Origin: Strigamia acuminata
Taxonomy: Eukaryota
Reading direction: 5' to 3'
DNA: 64,000 bases
Assembly: GCA_949358305.1 (NCBI GenBank)
Contig: OX442314.1
Location: forward strand, 19,592,001 to 19,656,000
Below, one piece after another: positions 1 through 14,703 of the stretch. The notes under the pieces are model-generated. The model had not been told where the DNA came from, made no database searches, and saw nothing but the letters and a program-made list of their open reading frames with translations. The translations under genes were made by a program, and so were the position numbers. Every line of letters begins with the position of its first letter. Positions within the stretch are counted from its first letter, which is position 1.

Positions 1-196
1 CTTCTGCGTTCACGTTGTCATAGTTACTTCCGTTACGTTTCCCGTCACATTCCAAGGTCATTCGGAATCGGAATCACGCCTACCTGTCACGCCTATCGTG
101 CCAAAAATATTTCACTTCAAAAAATTTGATATAACGAATTTTTGTTATAACCGATTTCTCGGGTCTTTTGCGATTCGTTGTAACGAGTCTCGAATG
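1..196. mobile_element. Right end of a Tc1/mariner (pogo/Tigger-like) non-autonomous element; left end outside the window
   Basis: Ends GTTGTAACGAGTCTCGAATG|TA with reiterated GTTATAAC-like subterminal motifs (128-155), resembling pogo/Tigger termini; partner end not visible. Confidence 0.4.
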
Positions 197-299
197 TACC
201 AAACTTAAAGAATCCTTTTAACTTTTCCTGTATTTTTCAACAAAAAAATTGAGCTTTTAAGTTCTTTTCTAATTCTAGACATTTTATTTATAATTTATG

Positions 300-507
300 T
301 AAGGAAGCGTCTATAAATGATGCCACATTTTTTTGCCAGAGTTTTATGAAATTTTGTCAAAATTTTGTAAATATTTGTGATAATTTGCACAAATTTTGTT
401 AAAATATGACGTCACAAATTACTGAACCCCCAACCCTCTTCCCCCTTCTTCATGACACAATGTATCAGGTCATTGGTGTCTGACGTCATTTATGTGCGTG
501 TGCTTAA
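300..507. mobile_element. Degenerate MITE
   Basis: Imperfect inverted ends TAAGGAAGCGTCTATAAATGATG / CGTCATTTATGTGCGTGTGCTTA. Confidence 0.3.
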
Positions 508-2161
508 GTTTACTCAACAGTGATAAAAAAAAGATGGCGACCCCATGCTGCATTTGGCACTTTTCATGTAAGCCTTGATGTAGTGTTATGAGCTGAGAAC
601 GATGCAAAACGCATAACAGTATGGCCAAATTTTTTTACCACTTGGATTCTCAAACCAAAATTTAAAGTTAAGGTTGTTTTTTATTAATCGTTTTTTTTTT
701 GTTAATTACCGGTATTTAATATGTAAATAATGGTTTAATGAAAAAAAAATTTCTTTGCGACAAAATTGAAAATAATTTTTCCAAAATTGCCATCACATTT
801 ACCTGGCGTCTTGGTAAATGCCAGATGCCAACCAACAAATTGTTTGCTGCTGCGCTGAATAAAACAAGATAAAATATTCAAAGTATCCTCACGTAATGCT
901 ACAGTACATTTGCTAGAGTGAATAAAATCGACAGGTCATGAATCTGAATGTATAATGAGTTTTCAAGTTCAGATAATACATTTCTTTTGTTTTATTGTCT
1001 TCTAGAGACGATTGAGAGACGTATGGCTTGTCAAAAAGTTGACATCTCCAATTACTGTCTGATTTATGTCGTATAAATGTCAAAAAAGTTGCCCCGTTTG
1101 TGATTTTTCATTCTGTCATTCAAAGTAAAATATTGAATTCTTTTTGCATTTGATTGACAAGAGTTCTAGTTGGATGAAACTGAAATGCCGAGGATGGAAT
1201 TCGGAACTGAGGGTAGAAAAGTTTTCACTGAGCATTAAAAAATAATTTTTTCTTAAAAATAACTTCCTGAAAAACCCAGACTGCACGTGTGAATTAAATT
1301 ATTGCAAATTTGTTTAAATATAGTTTAGACGTTGTAAATTGTACTCTTATTTTGAAAAGCTTATGAGAAACTCAGCATCTGGTGTTGCGAATATCTTGAA
1401 AACCGCAATGTAGGAATGTAAATCTGCTGTTGAGGCGTTGCATCCAGATCCTCTTTTACCCTCTTAATACCTGCGTATCACGAGACAGTTATCACAGAGT
1501 TTCTCCTCGGTGTTACACTTTAATGTGGATCTTGCCGAATCAGATCTCACTCATTTATACCCAGATATACAGCGTTATCTCGTACCTAGAATCAAAATAG
1601 ACTAGTAATCTCTTACAATATTGAACGCGTGTGGCAAGGCAAGGTGTTGGGGAAGAGCGAAATTAACATTGCAACACGTTGACCAATACACGTGCACTTT
1701 ATCTGCACCCCTGAGTTGTGACCTTTAAGAATCTCCTGATTATTGTGTGAAAAATTCAGTTGTTTGGGAGGTTTTAGGTGGAAATAAGGCTGAGGGATTA
1801 CAAGAATCCAATGAAAAGTTGCAGTCAAGTTGAAGGAAAGGCTGCTAAAGGATTTTCTAGGATTTTTTCTAAACCCTATAAAGTATAAACATTGGTTTTT
1901 GGGCCAAGGTAGTCTCAAAGTTAGGTAATATAATATTCATTGTTAATAACTTGCTAATGTTGAACGACAGCCTTAATACTAGCTGAGACCTTGACCGTGA
2001 CTTTAACTTAGACCTTGAGCGATGCATCTTCATTTGAGTAAAGTTGTTCATTAAGCTTCCTGATATTGGTTTAGCCCTAATTGAAATGATGATTGATTGT
2101 ATACGTCGATCAACTAAGGTATTAATGCGTTACTCTACAGTTTTATCTTTATTTTACCTAG

Positions 2162-5100
2162 GCATCAAGTCAGGAATCTTTCAGAGTCAGCTTCGATTAC
2201 AACGATGAACATGTTCAGGAATATCTGCCTGCAAGCCAAGGAGTGACACTCAGGTAAGGAAAGACGTTTTCAATCTTTGAAATTAAATTTATCGGCTCTT
2301 TCATGTGGCATGTTAATCGGTTTTCTTGAAACCTCACGGTTAAAAGTAATTGAAATATATATTATACATGTGTATATATAAAATTTTCGAATTAGACATA
2401 ACTTACAAAGGGTAATCGAAGTAAATATGAAAGGTACCGGTATGTTGCTATGGCAAGCAGCGAGCCAGCAATTTTAATCAGGGAATGGATGTTTTTTTTT
2501 TTTGTGAAAGCTTGAAAGAAATGAAAAAAAATCAAAGTTGTAGGGAAAAGAATTTTAAAAATCATGGTTTTGAAATGGGCATTTTCAAGTAAATTGAAAT
2601 TTAATAGCAGATTTGTTTGTTTACATTGAATTTCTCTAGGGACGCTCTACGTGACTTGTTTGATCAACGTGGTATCGATGTAAATTCTGTGCAGTTTTAT
2701 CAAGAATATTCCAACACTTCTTTTCTTCCTTTCTGCGATACATCACGTTTAGCCGGATGCCAATTACGAGTGAAAAGTAAGCACATTAAATATTTTATAG
2801 GCACTTACTTGCAATTTTATTAAAAGAAATAAAGTAGTGTTTATGGTTGGTTGCAAGAAAACGCTTTGGATGTGAATTGCACCCCTATTTAAAATGATTC
2901 GCTTGATTCACAACACGAGAACCTGATCGCATGTTGAAATCAATTTTTTCTCGGCGGATAATTAAAGTTTAAAATGGCGAGACGGTCAGTGATCAAAAGT
3001 TAACGAAAATAAAACACCAGAGACATCCAATAAATGTTTAAAGATGGAATTCTTCGAAACATACAACACGAAATAAAAATTTATTACAGGTTACGGTATA
3101 TGTGTTTAAAAAGTAATGAGGCCATCACTGACAGCAGCGCCGTAACTTGGTAAATTTCGATAAATTTTACTGGGAAACCAAGGAGTCTGTCTCTGTGTGG
3201 AATTTAAGTGTGGCTATTCTCAAACTTATCCGTGGACACAGACACAGTTCAGTCTCGCAATTGCAGCTGCTACCTTCAATGATATGGGACAAGTAAACAC
3301 ATTTCCGTCGATGCAATCGTCGTCATGGCAGCGGGAAAGTCGTCAATTGTAACGGTAAAGCAATAGTCCAATTAGGATGGAAATAGGCAATTAAACCAGA
3401 TGCAGACTTGGAAAAGTATGCTATTATTTTAAATACAGTAGATTTATTTTAATGGTTACAAAGTTCTCAAGATGTTACTTCGACTATCTTTTCGAAGTTT
3501 GAAACGAAAAAGATGAAAAGAATGAGTCAAGTGGCAATAATTTGAATTCACCAACACATTTCTGTTTAAGTGCTGGGCAAATGTACAAAGTGGTTCGAAG
3601 CAAACAAAAAGAACTCTCAGGAGCTAGAATTTATGTAATGCTTTTTTTTTTATCCAGTTTTACTGTAAGTTATGGGAAGTTTGGATAAAACATTTGCAGT
3701 TATATCGGCAAAGTAAGCTGCAGCAATCCGACGGCTTTGTTTATTGGCTTAACCCCTTGATGGGCAATTAGATTTCTTTTGTGCGGAAATCAGATATTGG
3801 AATTGAATTGTGATCAGTCGACTGTGTGATTGAACTTTGCTTATCTCTTAAGTTCAAGTCGTGTTGAATGGCATTGGTCTTGCACGATGAAATATAACAA
3901 AAAAAATATATTGTTTTTTTTTTCTTTTTTAATTATTTTTTTCTAGTTAAACCAACATCTACAAGCAGTTGGGATAAAGAAAATGGGATTCACGATAAAC
4001 CATTCCTCAGTTTATCTAAAAAGGTAAGAACTAAGAAACTAAAAAAAATAAAAGCTTAATTATAATTATTAAGATGGAAACGTGACTTTCTTATTAATAT
4101 TCGAGTAATTTTATTTGTCAGCTTTTGTTAATGAAATCGGAATGCTAATTAGAATTCAACTAAAGAATTCTAATTTTACTCAAGCCCCAGATGGTGTTCA
4201 TCCATCCATGCTAGCAAATAATTTTCCAAAAAAACCTTTTTTCGTAAAAAAATGGGCAAATAAAGCGATACATACTTAAAAATCTTATAAAATCCTATTT
4301 AAAATGTGCAGGTATGCAGTACTAATAACTGAAAAAAGTAGATGAAGAATAAAATTGAATAAAAAAAAGGAATAAAAATATTGCAGGAAAGTGCAGAGAC
4401 GAAAGGCAAAGTGAATACAAAATGAATTCCCAACCGGTTGTTAAAACTCACTTAAAATGCAAAGGGGATTTTATTCTACACTTAGAAAGCATATGGGAGA
4501 TGTTCCGCTTCATTTATCAATACATTCTAAATTGTTTTCTTATTTTACATCCTCAATTTAGAGTGTGAATATTGTAATCATTTGCTCTTTTCACCCGTAA
4601 ATTCATTGAGGTGTGAATACCTGGCACTTTTCATTCATGTGTTACCTTAAGAAACTCATTTGTCTCGAATCTCGAGTATTAATAGGAATCACCTTTAGTT
4701 GTCATAGTAACTGTGCATCAGGTGTTGACTTGAGAGCCTGCATTTAACATTCTATTGATACTCTTCTTTCGTGTGGGCGAAACTGAGTGAAAAATCAGCC
4801 CATGGTCATGTGAGTTTTGTCTTCTCAGGGCTCGAAAAATAAGCGAGGAGGAAGCGGAGCGGGAAGTAATGCAGAAGACGCACAGGGAATGGTTCATGGA
4901 CATTCTGATAGCACTTCCAGGCGAAAAACGAAAGGATTTTTCCCTACTTTTAAAAGTGTAAGATTTCTTTCGGTTTATTCATTCACAGCACTGAATTTTC
5001 ACTTTTTTTTTGGTTTTTTAAAATTGGTTTTGCACGAAGTAATTGAGAAAAAACGTCAAGTGTAAAGTTTCTAATTGAACTGAATTTATTTTCAGGAAAA

Positions 5101-8100
5101 ACTTGACACTTTAACAGAACTGCTTGCCAAATATGATCAAATGGGACTTCCTGACCTCAATTGCATTGCGACGTTTAAATCAAATGATGTGGATGAATCT
5201 AATTACTCATTAGAGAATCACTGGAATGAAATAGTGCGAAATGGAGAAGTAAGGATAAGATAAACCTGCAAATTTAAAATAATATTTATGCTTTAAAAAT
5301 GCCATTTATTTTTTAAGGAATTACCAGACAAGGTGCAGCATCAGCAGATGGCTTTGTGGGAACTTTTACAGACAGAAGCCAATTATATTGACCAACTTCA
5401 AGTCATAACCAATGTTTGTTTATGCTTAGTTTTGGCCGAGTCTGTGCTAATATTTACACGATCTATTAACTTTTTTATTTATAGCGTTTCAAGTTGTGTT
5501 TGTGCAACTTGCAATCTGAAGCTGTTTTGAATGAGGTGAGCGCAATACAATAATAATAATAATAATGATGGTGTGGATTTTTTTAAAATAATAATATTTT
5601 GTAGATCGAAGTGGACAGTGTTTTCAGCAACATCGATGAGATCGCAACTGTTAATCGATTATTTTGGTTGGAAAACCTTAAACCCATGCTGGATGAATCT
5701 AGAGCTACAAATAAGCCATTAAATCCCCTAAAAATTAAGGACGGGTTCACCAGGGTATATTACACTCGCTTCCTGAAAATGACATCTTTTAACTGTTGTA
5801 TTATAATTACAGTTTGCCAACCTGTTTCATCCATATATTAAATATTGCCTTGATCGTGCGCCTTGTTTGCAATACATTAAGGACAAAAAAAGAGTGAATG
5901 AATTATTTAAAGCGTACATAGCTGTAAGTAATCTATTCATATTTTTTATTTTTTATTTTTTTTTTTAATTTAAATGAAAAATATTTGCAGTGGTGTGAAA
6001 CTCAAAAAGGATGCCACAGGCAAAAGTTCACGGATCTAAGTGTGAAGCCGATGCAAAGATTGACTAAATATTCATTGCTATTGAAAGCGGTTCTTAAACA
6101 CACCGACGACGATGAAGCCAAACTTGGCCTCAGTTGTATGGTGAGAATACTTTGTATTACTAATACACGAATCGTTGTTTATGATGTTTTGATGTATCTA
6201 AGGTCAATTGTGTTGAGACGTTTGTGACTAATGTGAATGCCACTTTGAGGCAACGCCACGAGCAGGAGAGGTTAGCTAATATAATCAATAAAGTTGAAAG
6301 TTATGACGTCGTCGAGGCTAAAGATGAAGAAGTTCAACGGGTAAATGACATCCATTAATTATGGTGCCACAAATTGTTTCTCCGTGTGACACTAATTGTT
6401 ACGTTTGTAGTTATTGAAAAACCACATTTCTTTGGATCTTACTTGCCCGATGCCTGATTGCAAAGACGATCAAGCTAGACAACTTTTGTTAGAAGGCGAT
6501 TTAAAACTTAAAGATGCGACGAAAAATGTTAGTAATGTTATAGTTAATATTAGTTTATTGATAAAATGATTTTTGTTTTTTGTTTTTGTTTTTTTAAGAT
6601 GGATGTGCATTGTTTTCTCTTCACCGACATGCTTCTTATCACTAAATCTCTGAATAAAAAGGGAGACCGTGTGAAAATTATTCGACAGCCGTATGTCGTC
6701 GATAGATTGGTAGTTTACGAAATGAAAGAGCGCACTTTACTTCTGGTTTATTTAAATGAGTTCCATGTGGCTACTACTGTCTTTGCTCTGAGTGGGGGAG
6801 GAGACATAAGGCATTGGCACGAGTGCATCAAAAAGGCGAAAGAAATGTACTCCGATGCTAAAATGTCTGTAAAAAGAACGCCGATACTTGGTTATTTGAC
6901 AACCGATGATGTAGATGTGGATTTAGATTTTCCTACTCACGCCTTGCTCACAGCCAGATCACCTCGGTCAAGTCAGAGTAGTTTGATACATTCCCACAGG
7001 TAACGTTTAATATCGATTTTTTTTGTACAAATTGTAATAAAAAATAATTAATATTTTTTTTAAAGTGGAAGTATGGACATGAGTGAGCCGTCTTCTGGTT
7101 GTGTAAGTCATGGAAGAGCAGTCAGTTTGGAATTTGCAGACATGAGAGCATCAAGTGCCAGCAGTGATGAAGGATCAGCAGCTGATCAGGTTAATTAAAT
7201 TAAAAAATTATTTTCTACATAAAAAAAAAGTCACGTAGTGGAGTTTAGTGAGGTAGTAAGGCTTTTGCTTAGACGTGTGAAGTTGAAATGATTGAAATTT
7301 GTATTTTCATTTGAATATTTAACTTTTCATACCGCAGCTTACAAATACATTTCAACCAGCAGTTGCCGAAAAAAGTTCACGTTTAGTGTCCTGGATAACT
7401 TCGTTGAAGGTGTGTATCTAATGGATGCACCCAGAAACACAACAAGTTGTTGTTTCAATGACTGATTTGAAACTAAAAGAAACTAATCTTTCAATAATTT
7501 TGCTAACGAAGCCAATTTTTCTTCTTACTAGTGTTAGGCACAATAGCAAAAGTAAATAAACACAGAATAGACCACTCAAACTCCCAATGGTCGAACTTAT
7601 TGCACTTTATGCTCATAATCGTACGTCGAAGATAAATTTCTATTAACGTATTTGTTTACTTCTGCTAGCAGTTCTTTCCTTTCTTCTTTTTAAAAATAAG
7701 AGACAAGTCAGACAACTAATCAATGTAATAATTTCCACTGTTCTGGTATCTAACCTGTTTGATTTCTATATTTTAGCGTGCACGGAGTCTGGAAATGCGT
7801 GTTCCCCAACCATCATCACCGCGACCCGAAAGGCGCAAGCAGTTTTTTAAAAGCAATTCTGGATCCAATTCACCGAACACTTTAAGTGTTTCTTATCCGT
7901 ATAGTGAGAGTTACGACTGCGCAGAACTATCACCCACATCACTTCTTGTTCCGACTCCTAAAACACTGTCACCGACGAATCGAAGTACCACGCACCCGCC
8001 TGTATCTCCGCGGCTTTTGAAAAGAGGACAGCCGATCACCAGTCCCAAGCCACCTCTTGTCAAAACGAAAAACATATCCGGGGAGCAAAACTCGCCCGCG

Positions 8101-10356
8101 CCCGAAGTAGCGAGTTTCGATTTTGATGTACCAGTCATAACTACTCCAGCGACGAGCTTCGGTTCAGAGTTGGAGGACGACGAAGCGAAGAGCAAGTTAA
8201 ATCAGAAGCGAGTTTCTAGAACGGATAAAAGGTTCTACACGGCGGACTCGATCGAGTTCATGAAACGTGAGAAGGATTCCAATATTCACAAAAGATTTTC
8301 GCTGAATTATCCCCCTAATTCGTCTTCTGACAAATTGGTTAAGAATAAGCAGACGGAGAAGTACACCAGTTCAGAGTCCATGTACAGTTCTAGTGGAGTG
8401 AGTAGTATTGGATCACTTTATCAGAGCACGGACTATGAACATTTGTCAGAGACTATGGAGGATGATGTTGACTGGTACGAAACTTTCGCTCCTTTGCAAG
8501 TGCCCAGCGAGCCCGCGAACGGGCAGCCTATGCAGGTGGACGTGAGCGAGATAAAAGACGGCATTTCTTCGGTTCAGATTAAAATCCAAGATGGAAACAA
8601 GCCCGTGGCCAGAGATTACACAAAAATGAAAGAGTTTATTTTGAATGATAAATTACTCGAAGCATCGTACGTACCTTTTAATTCATCTAATAATATTTAG
8701 ATTCGTGTTTTTAATTTTTATTTACTACATTTCTAAACAGCATGGTTTTTGTTCCCTTTGCAGTTGTTATTTTGTTTTTATTTAAATATAACTGCAAACT
8801 GAATCTTAGTCTTGTATGTAAATGTTAAAAACTTATGAATAATTAACACGGTGATGGCAATTTTTTTTTATATTTCTGCTTAATCATAATTTCTTTCTTT
8901 TTTTTTAAAAATACAAGAATTTTCCCCGGATAATAACATCAATCATTTATAATGATCGATCAAATTTGACCTAAATCAACAAAACTATAAAGCATCTTAA
9001 TGTCCTTCAACATGTGAAAAGATAAAGCAGAAAGTGTTGCACAAAATTGTTGTTTTCACATTTGGCTTTGAACGTTTTCTGTTGGCATCGTTTTTTTTTG
9101 TTTTTTGTTTTTTTCCTTTTTTTTTTTTGTGTAAACAAGAATGAGATTCAGTTTCAAAAATAACTAATAGTGGGTTTGTAGTATATGGTTCCTATTCTTG
9201 ATCACTAGAGCGGCGCTACTGGTGATGGCTCTGGTTTCGCTGCTCTATTATTCAATAACATCCAATCAGCACCCGAGCTGAAATCACTCACTGACTTTGG
9301 ATTGCTGAAAATTAACTTTGAAAACCCCAATGATAAAGCCCCTTGGTTAAGGTATTTAGAAACATACAGTATATTAACCCCAATGTCTTTCTTTGCATTA
9401 TTATTATTATGATTATTATTATTATTATTATTTATTTATTACTGTGACTTTAGTTTTGAATGAATACTTTTTCCCTTTAACCACCTCACTTGAGTTCTAT
9501 TCACGTTTATTTTATTTACTAAAAAGGTTATTTAGAAAACCATATGATTTTGCAAAATTTTATTTTGATATTAACATAGGAACAATGTTTATTTTTTTTA
9601 ATTGCATTGTAGGGGCCCCAAAATATAATCTCACAGCGCCTGCCACCTGGGACACCACAAATGTTTAAAAAAATGCTTCGATTGGTTGAATGGTTTTCTA
9701 ATAGCTTATTCTTGTGCACTTACGTAGGATCTACTAAAATTTAATTTTTAATTACTAATTTATTAATTTATTTAGAAAAATTACGTTTTACATTTAGGTT
9801 TATTTTAGTAGATTCTAAATTACATTAACTATAGTTGACTTTTATTTTATTTTTATTTTACCTGTCTTCACTTGGTGTTTCAACTAACTTTTTATCAATA
9901 AGTGCATTCGAAAAGTCATTTACACTAAACGACCAGTGCAACTGGTAGTGTAAATGTCATGTTAAATGACCCAATTTTCGAGTTTATAAATTCAAATGTA
10001 AATAAATTAGCATATGAAAAATATGTAATAATCAGATGGTTTATATATAAGAATACAGGATTCTGTACGTCTACCTACATTAAAAATTGAAGCGACAATC
10101 TAAGATGGCGATGAAATAGTTGGTTTGCACGCCAATGTTCGAGTAAAGAAAATTAAAACGTGGCGTGCAGGTCGTTTCCGTTTAACCAATTTGCACAACA
10201 TTTACAGGAATTAATTCGTGTAAATGTGTCTGCTCGTTTTAATGACTTTTTGAATGCACCTACACTACTTGTCTTGTCGTTTTAAACTTTAAGTGTTGCA
10301 TATTTATAATAGCTAATTGAATTTTTGTTATTTTTGTTATTTACAGTGAAGTGTGA
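2162..10356 (+). CDS. PLEKHG5: PLEKHG5-like Rho guanine nucleotide exchange factor (RBD-like, DH, PH, C-terminal PDZ-binding motif); 5' end not resolved
   Basis: Phase-compatible GT-AG exons: 2162-2253, 2640-2776, 3947-4023, 4829-4957, 5096-5248, 5318-5413, 5485-5535, 5605-5754, 5813-5923, 5991-6140, 6203-6340, 6411-6527, 6599-6999, 7066-7189, 7338-7409, 7777-8666, 10347-10356. DH motifs ALWELLQTEANY and KPMQRLTKYSLLL; PH motif VHCFLFTDMLLI; ends ASEV*. Confidence 0.88.
9398..9440. repeat. (TAT)n microsatellite
   Basis: Direct reading; intronic. Confidence 0.85.
9901..10260. mobile_element. MITE in the last PLEKHG5 intron
   Basis: About 25-bp imperfect TIRs AGTGCATTCGAAAAGTCATT / AATGACTTTTTGAATGCACC, with TA on both flanks. 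Confidence 0.6.
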
Positions 10357-13300
10357 ATTGTTGTATCATAGTTTCCATGGATTTGATCTTCATTTATTTT
10401 CTGGGCACCTAATCTGGACACCGTTTAGGAAGTCCCAAACGAGTGCGCCAGGCACAACTCGGTGAGAGGCCCAAGTCGGGCTATTGGAGAAATTTTGAAG
10501 CATCACGGGAAAAAAAAATTTCTTGTTGTCAAATCAAAAGGGGTGATGCCTGGTCTTGTGATTTAAAAAAAAGTTAAAAAAAATTGTATCAATCAATTTG
10601 TAAAGAAGCAATCGAGTAAAATGGAAGGTTAATTATTTAATCCAAAAAGGGGGCAAGATGAGGTTTAAAAATGTACTCTTTTAATAGTCATTCACAGAAT
10701 AGTTTAGGGTATATTTTTATCAGAAAGTATTTTTTGCTTCTCATCTTTTTGAAATTAAATTCTAGACAAAAGTCTGTGATGCAGGACATTGTATAGCGAG
10801 AATTAAAAACCATTAATTTATATATACACAAATAGCAATGAGAATTGTGAAATAAAATGATTTAGAATAAGTTTTAACTAGAAATTTTAGACCAGATTAA
10901 GTAAGTTTTCCTCTACTGATCACAGAGCACCCATTGTACAAGTTGGACGCCATATTTAGCAGATTTATGTTCCATCTTTTAACAAGAAAATTGGCTTTAA
11001 AATGAACGGAAGTATACGATGCGTGCATAAATTTCCAAATGATCTCATCTTGTGTGATGGCTTCAGTCATCGACACTCGAAAATGGACCTAACCAATAAC
11101 GGGTCAGTGAAAGTGAATGGTCAAAGTGCAAAAAATGCAGATGAGAAATGTCTACAATCCTAAAGGCGACTTTTATGGGCAAACAGTTTGGCAAGTGGAA
11201 AAGCTTGTTATCTGAGGAGAAAAAATACTGCGGTCAGCAGTATATTCAAGAAGTTTGTTGGCAATGAGATAAAAAGACAATGTTGTCTTGTGGGAGAAAT
11301 TTCTGTACTTCTCTCGACTGAAACAAGTTTTTGATCAGTATGATCTAGTCTATTATCTATTGTAGATTTGTGTTGTGATGGTGGTGGTGGTGGCTACAAT
11401 TTCCAACTTTGCCAAATTATTTGCTTCCGCAAAATTCGCCGTAGTGCACCAAGGAAGTCCCGCCAAGAGTCAATTGTAGATTAGAAGAATGAGAAGTACT
11501 TAAGTTTCGGTCATTATTTCATGTACTTCATGTAAATATTACTCTGTTTATAACTTTTCTAGCGAATTACAAATACATTTAATTCCTAATTTTCGAATGT
11601 TATTACTTTTCTCAATGTAATATGCAATATAAAATGTAAACTCGAAAGAATTTTATGCATTTTGAAGAGATACCAGTAAAATCGATGTAATTGGATTCAT
11701 TGCATCTGTATTGAATGATATGAGGGTAAAGATGAAAATAATTAAGGAAGACTCGGAAAGTCTCAAGCAATTTGTCAAAAACGGGGGATTAAAATTGAAG
11801 AAATGGAACTTTGTTTGGCGTTGGGACTGTGGAACTTGTTTTAAAGTTTTATTCTGACCTTAGAATTTTCTCGCTGGTCGAGAAGTTTTTACTTTTATTT
11901 TTTATTTGAGTGCATAGAATTAATTCAGTTTTTGTTGTAGATAGTTTTCAATCAACTGCCAAAGATATTTGTTTTGGGTTTGCTTGCATAGTTTGAATTT
12001 AAATTGTTGTGTAAAATATAAAATCATACTTACTAGTGTACAGGCAATAGACTATTTAGGATTAATTTTTTATTAGCATTTTTTAAATGACAAATTATAA
12101 TAAAATTAATATAAAAAAATTATTCACTACTAATCCAATCAAAAGAATAGCTGCTGGTCAGATATTTCACACACAATTTCAAGTGTATAGATAGTTAATT
12201 AAATTACTTTATCCGATTTTTATTTTAGATTTTTTTCACCTCTTAGTTTATTCTTGTCATTGCTACTATTACGTAAGAGCTTTGTCTATAAAATGAACCA
12301 ATATATTTGTTTAATTAAAAAATATTTTAGATTTTAGATTATAAAATGAAATATTGTGGGATTCCCAAATTTGGATAATTTGTATTATAATATGTTATGG
12401 TAAATAATGAAAATATTGATTAATGGCCTACATACAAGGTCACATAATTTATGTCGTCTTGCTTTTGCTTTATTGGTAAAACTTTTTAAATTATACTTTA
12501 TGAAAATCTTGTACAGTAATAAATAATTGTGAAACATGGCTGAATTGGTTTTATTTACTAAATGTAGTTCACAACTCACTTAAACTATTTGTTACTCCTT
12601 ATCCCAAAAGCAGCTACTGAGTAAACTGGTATGGTCAAGTAGACTTTGAAAATAGTCCTCAAAGGCACAGCGATCAGCCCAGCAGCCAGGCAAGAAGGTT
12701 GGAACTGGTTTTAAGGTTCTTCAGTAAAAAACATATTAGAAAATTGTAGGCATAATAATTTCTGCAAAAACTTTTTCGTAGGCATTAAATTTTGTTTTTT
12801 GTGTGCGGAGTTTTGCCCACTTCAATGCTCATTTTCAGTTTTTTAATTTTAATCTGTCTGGTCACCTTACTTTTCTCCTACAATACACCTTGTTTTACAT
12901 ACAAGCTTTTTCCACAAGTTATTTAAGGCTAACCCAACGACTGTGGCAGAGAATAAATATCTTACTTGGCAAAGGTTACCTCTATCTATAAGGATGTTTA
13001 TTAATAATTATTGCTGACATTGGCACGGTAAAAAATAATATCTCATCAATTAACTTGTCAGTAAATGTATGATAATGTCCAATGTCCAAATCTAATTTCT
13101 GACTTAGTCTAACATTTTCAATGATTCAGAAATGTTAGTAATGCCATGAAAATCATCACATATGAATATTTTACTTGATATTTTCGTTAACGACGCATTT
13201 ATCAGTTGGTTATATTAGGAAAATCGTATATAGAACGTGTGTAGTTTTGTTCGTTTTCGTTACGTTCTGTGTACGTTAACTGCTCATTCTTCTATGCATA

Positions 13301-13358
13301 CATAAATCCACCCGTTTCATTTTGATTTCAATTCATCTTTCTAGTGATAGTTTGCAAC

Positions 13359-14703
13359 ATGCCGCGAAGGAAATCAGCATCGAGTTTGGAGCAATTGTGT
13401 TTGCAAGTAGTTTGTACTAATTTCGATAGTTTGCAAGAACAACTGTTAGGACAACCTTCTAGGTTTATTCACAATGTACATCAACACTTCAGTCGCAATT
13501 TTCGCTTTACTAAAGGTCGTGTGGAGCCAACCGTTTTTATTCACTCAGACACCAAAGAGTTAAATCAATTCGATATTTTGTCTGCCTATGTATCCTACAG
13601 TATTAGATGAAGTAGGAAAATTATGTAAAAATCTTGTACATTTAGACCTGCAACAAGAGGTCAGAGTGGAAATTCCACCTAAATGTATGGTCAAACTGCT
13701 GCAGAAATTGCCACAACTTGAACGGTTCAGATTTACAGGGAGAAATGAATGCACGGATGAAGTTCTAGCTGCGATTGGTAAAAATTGTCTGCAATTACGA
13801 CATCTGGACTTATCCTTTGGCAAAAAGTTTACTGATGCTGGGCTGATTTCATTAAGCAATTGCAAGAAACTGGAGTATTTGGGTATACGTAACACTAGGG
13901 TCTCATGCCATGTGTGTCTTCTCATTTTAAACCAACTACCACTTTTAAAACGGCTTGTAACTTATTTGTGGTTTGGTTTATTTGATATGTTAATACGACA
14001 GTTCAAATCGGAGAAAACGTTACGTACTTATTCCATCAATGAAGTCGATTTAAAGCCAGTTACAAACAATATTGAAGATATCATAATTGTGACTTCAATT
14101 TTCCCTAATATAACCAACTTAGTGATAGATGCATCGTTAACATCGACTAGTCTAGATTTGAATGTTGTCTTGGCGCGGTCTCAACGATTGACCACTCTAC
14201 AACTCTCTCATTTTACATTAGTTAATCTCAAACTTATTGATTATTGTTGCCCATTGTTAGACAATTTAGTTTTGATTGCTTGTACTATTTCGAACACTGA
14301 AGATGTACATGATATTTTGTTCAAAAACCTACGTAAAATATATATACGTGATGATTTTCATGGCGCTAATGACATTTCTGAACCATTGAAAATGTTAATT
14401 AGACTAAGTCAGAAATTAGAAGATTTGGACATTGGACTTTATCATACATTTACTGATAAGTTAATTTCAGAAATAGATGAATTGGACGCACTAAAAAATC
14501 TAAAAAGTCTGAGATTTAACGCGTGTCATTCAATTAATCAAGGTATGATTATGAAGTTATTAAAAATGATAAATTCAATTGAGGTTTTAACAATACACAT
14601 TTGTTTTAATATTACTTTGGCAGTTTGTAAAGAAATTGACGCTTATATTAGATCAAAGAACTTTAATTTAAAATTTAGCTACATTGCATCTACGTTGCAT
14701 TAG
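13359..14703 (+). CDS. Leucine-rich-repeat protein (FBXL/RNI-like LRRs) with N-terminal BC-box-like motif; needs an 85-nt intron (13516-13600) or carries a frameshift
   Basis: ATG 13359 MPRRKSASSLEQLCLQVV; second frame 13588-14703 has AMN1/FBXL-type repeats (CLQLRHLDLSFGKKFTDAGLISL, CKKLEYLGI). The two ORFs differ by +1 frame. Confidence 0.7.

Noticed and set aside
1006..1212. Candidate first exons of PLEKHG5
   Set aside because: Several short frames; none can be chosen without transcript data.
9393..9719. Tyr-rich ORF and its antisense ORF
   Set aside because: Microsatellite-derived and intronic.
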